Source: Phoronis australis
Lineage: Eukaryota; Animalia; Phoronida
NCBI GenBank assembly: GCA_002633005.1
Contig: NMRA01000101.1
Coordinates: 945,151-1,009,150, forward strand
DNA length: 64,000 nucleotides
Direction of reading: 5' to 3'
Position 1 is the stretch's first letter. Every line of letters starts with the position of its first letter. Under the pieces are notes generated by a model. The model was not told where the DNA came from. It ran no database searches and saw only the letters and a list, made by a program, of their open reading frames with translations. This document shows positions 59,791 to 64,000 of the stretch, one piece after another. The position numbers and the translations under genes are program-made.

Positions 59791-62700
59791 ATGAAAGGAA
59801 ACGAAATACCCAGGGTCGGGGTACTATATTGAAAACGTTTTCATAAATGTCCTATTCTTGAAATTATAAATATTGTATCAATGGGTTTGTTGGACTTATT
59901 TTATGCTAACATGAACATGTGGCTGTGTACCTCCGTCGTAACTAACCTGCGGGTAATGAGAAACCTACCTTTATTTGGAAGGTTATTGCATATTCAAAAT
60001 ATCCACAACTCATTTTTAATGACGTATTGCCTCCTGATTTAACCGGCAGTAGAAACAAAAAGGCAGCCGTTAGGTTTTTATAACAAAGAAAATGGAGGAA
60101 ACAGGTCCACTACTGGAGAGGATTAAACACAAGGAAAAGCAGAGCTAAAGCATGTAAAAATCAAGAAAAACCTGCGAATGCATGAACGATAGACACAAAA
60201 TGATGACATATAGGCCTTCAACATTGATCCATACACAGATACGTTTTCTAAAACAAACCCTGTTTCTCCAAAAGTAAAATCACGAGAAGAGCACACCAAC
60301 TAAGCCAAGCATAGAATCGAACACACCGCCAGTCCGAAACAGATCGGCAAATGTTAGTTGGCTGAATAGGAGTCTTTTGAATTCAGATATTGGTTGAATA
60401 CAATACTGCAGCTATATTTCTATTGAACTTCAGCATGTTTTTACACGTGGAAAAAAGAACTGTAGCGGTCAGTCACCTAAACCTTTAGTGTATTGGTTAT
60501 GGATCATTCTTATGCACACCAATATAACTCGCCAAGTTATAAGGCAAACGAATACAAAAACAACATATACTTTCTGTACTTGGCTGCATGTCGACATTAG
60601 TGAATACAACTGGTTTTGATTTTTAGAACAAGAGAAATGTGCATTTCATCGATTTTTCAGTTTCGAAAGAATTCAAACACTGCCTATGATGAGATAACAG
60701 TAGACATATATCCTTGTAAGTTTTCCATGGTTTCCTATACTACATTTTGCGCAAGTCACAAGTCATTTCAGTCTGGCACACAGTTGAGGAGAGGCACAAA
60801 AAAAACTGCTCTGCGATGGTGAAATTGTCATAAATGAAATGGAATTAAATAAAGAATAGCGAATTCTTCCCTAAATGCGATGACAGTGACAATCATGCGC
60901 TGCACACCAACATATTAGTATACAAGTAAATCGATGATATTCCAAACTTACATGGTGAGGTAATGGCAAGAAAATACCACCGAAGACGATTAGCACAGTC
61001 AACTTGTACGTTGCGGGACCATTAATTGGAGAGTAGTCCATCAACTAGTCACGTAAAAGGCTAACGGGGCGATAACGAAGTATATGTGACCCCACGACAA
61101 TGACAGCGAATGAGAATTGAGGTCATGGACACAACGCACTCTGGCACTTTCAATTGAATTTTGAAGGTTGATTAAAGTAACACAAAACCCAAGACTTGAA
61201 CTGCCCACACTATAGGGGTTGGCTCATTTCAGCTATACCCTAGCTCATTGCTCAGATTCAAGATCCAGAACAATGGAAAACACGAGGACCCTGAAGGACG
61301 CCAAACTCCTTCTCAGGAAGTCTTAACGTTAAGGACTGAGAATAGACAGCCACACAACACTTCGAGTACGATACCGTCCATATCTTTTTTCACGTCACTT
61401 TGTACAGGCAGCTCCCATTTTCGGTTTTCGTAGTTCTAACTTCGTTCAGATAGGTCCAAAAAATTGGTGATACGTTCAAGGAACGGGCGACAGCTGGAAA
61501 CATGAGCTAAAAATATGTCCCAGATTCACTTCCTATAGAAGGAAATTCACCACTGAGAAGTACTATGTGACTTGGCACATCGCTTTTTGAGTACAAATTC
61601 CTCCGACATATGTTATGAACAAAAATAATGTTTTGGACAGCTGTTAGTTCTTGCATAAGTGAAGATTTTAGTTTTCAGGTAATTATATTTGATCCTTTAG
61701 AGTAAAAAGAAAATTTTGGACTGTTTTGAAATTTTACTTTAAATGTGCCCTGGAATTTTTTCCACTTTGCTTTTCCGTACTGACGAGATGTATTTTGTTC
61801 TTGCATAGTGAAAATAATGTTTTGGTCTGTTTTTAATTCTTGCATAAATGAAAATTCTGGTTCTGGGGTATTTTGTCGTCCTGGAGAGTAAAAACAATTG
61901 TTTGGCCTGTTTTAAAATCCTTATGGAACATATCTGTCGCGTATTTTATGGCTTTCACAATGTATGTTAATGTTATTTCATTTACTACATGTGTCCCTAT
62001 ATATTTTTGTACTTATGTTTATGATTCAGCTCATTTCACACATAAGTTACATTTATATATTCCTCTTATTTTGTATTTGTTCTTCTCTTGCGCTTTCTCT
62101 GGTGGGTGGATAAAGATTCTACATGTGAGGCAGATTGCTATCCACCTTTACAGTTTCATATGCTTTATATTTGTTGTGCATATTTTCTATCTGCAGAATT
62201 TTCATTAGTCATAATATGTTACTTTGTATCTCTCCACCACTTTTGTCGTTTCACTGTAAAGCAGCGTCGAGAGCACTTCGCATTTAGACGCCTAAAAATA
62301 GAAAATGTGAGAGAGTTTGTGAGCTGCGTAGCAGGTGGAAATAGGCAGAAGGTTGATGCACTTACCAGAGCTGAAGAAATACTCACAGAGGCATTGCTCA
62401 ATTAGAGTCCTATCTCGACAACTGTTTGTGCAAAACCCGAGTTTCGAGAATAAAGTACGTATCAAAAAAAGCATCAGACAAGTATCCAAAACCAAGTTTT
62501 ATAGTCAGTTTATTTTACAAAATAGTGTCTTGTTGGAAGAGTAGATTTGGATGTAAATATTTCATCAAAAATTAAGGATGTATGAACACACTATTTTTTC
62601 AAAATCTGAGTCGGTGACCCTGCAGTCGATATTTTAGTGAGCGCTCTCGTGGAATGACTTAACTTCGAAGCACGGGTAGGAGCGAAGTTAACTATATGGG

Positions 62701-64000
62701 AAACGGCCTTTTGTGTTTTTATTACAAATCTCCAATTCTCGTTGTTGTCTGTCAGACACTTGTTAAAACCAAAGCCTGTGACTTGACCCTTACATGTGCT
62801 TAAAACTGTCATAACGAGTGGCAATTAGCGCAGCCAGCAAAGAAGTTGATTGCGGCGCTGAGTAAACTTTGTCAACATACGGGTATTCAAGTGTTTGGAA
62901 AGGCACTGTGCTCTGGTCTTCCTTTACTGACCAACAAAAGAAAATAGGAGAAAATTTCTGGGTATCTTCACGGCAATACATGAATGAAATGCCTTTAAAA
63001 TTGTTTCTGAATTTATCGCTGTCCAGGATCTGCCTAAGCTAATCTCATGATTTTTAGGTAGCTGAAGTAAAAGGGCAATGACACTACCTGGGGCGGTGTG
63101 TACACTGGTACCTGTTTATTGTTATGCTTGAGTGAGACGATTGATGTGCTTTTTTACTTTGCTCGGCAAAAATTCATGTTATCAATGCAAGTAAATACAG
63201 TGGATCCCCTAAAGGCCTGATTGAAGGAAGTTAATACTTTGTCGCAGTCCAGATCTGGTGTCTTGTCGTTTGTATGAGCACCTGTTCATGTTGTTTTTAA
63301 AAGTGTTAAAACACTATAAAAGCATTACCCATGGACATGCGAAGAATGTCTTACATAACTTAAAAAATATCTGTGGCTGTGTTGAATTTACGAAGGATGT
63401 CTAGATTGTTCCAACTGAGACAATTTAGAATCTTAATTGTGTTGGATCCATTGTATGTTCGGTTTGGTATAGTAATCTGGGTAATAGGAGAAGTACGTTT
63501 ACTACCTGCGTTCGCTGATTGGAATGTGATATGGCAGCCATCAGTGCCGGATTAAGGGTACGCAGGGGGCCCTAACTGTCAGAAGTTCGGAGGCCCATCG
63601 TCAAATCTGAGGTAACGTACGTAGACCTAAGTAGTTCAGTTCTTGTAACTTAAATGCTAAACGGAATAAACTAAACAAATTGAAAGTCTAAACAACCCGC
63701 AATGCATACCTACTGGAAATGAAGCTCTTACTTTAATCTGGTGACCATTTATCCAAATGCATACAATACCAGATTGTCAAAATAGTCGTGCCATATTGAA
63801 ATTCGCTACGTTTGTTTCATCGTATCCGATGAGATTGTCAAAACGAAATGGATTGTGGTGCTCAAGAATGGATGCTGTCAGTGTAGAACTATTGGTTTAT
63901 CTATATTAGAATTTAAGTAAAGATGGTTGGATTGTGGTGCTCAAGAATGGATGCTGTCAGTGCAGAACTCCAGAAAGTGCTCATTTTACTGCATCATTAT

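Noticed and set aside
60960-61430. Gypsy integrase relic
   Set aside because: Faint peptide resemblance only, with stops and no LTR or DDE motif recognised.
62088-62981. Short ORFs suggesting an additional gene or the aquaporin 5' exon
   Set aside because: No recognisable domain and no consistent splice chain.

Overview
AT-rich, intron-containing eukaryotic DNA, probably from an invertebrate bilaterian (species not determinable), from a draft assembly with one 825-nt gap and three single-N contig joins. Three spliced genes could be rebuilt by hand with GT-AG boundaries and consistent phases. (1) The 5' part of a rabphilin-3A/Noc2-family Rab effector on the minus strand: six coding exons from 16421 to 2492, continuing off the left edge. 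(2) A complete six-exon PGAM5 on the plus strand (30592-37257, 298 aa), head-to-head with the rabphilin gene. (3) A seven-coding-exon aquaporin on the minus strand (57319-51513, about 281 aa), convergent with PGAM5. The rest is introns and intergenic DNA full of non-autonomous DNA transposons (hAT-like with 5-bp TSDs, Harbinger-like, Kolobok-like, DINE-1/Helentron-like), decayed Penelope-like elements with hammerhead-ribozyme cores, tRNA-SINE heads and minisatellites. The most unusual signals are: a mirror-image ~110-bp element in front of each divergent gene; a MITE carrying a Pol III A/B-box unit whose immediate flanks are hypervariable between copies; and an aquaporin with NPV and no aromatic or arginine residue in its ar/R filter.
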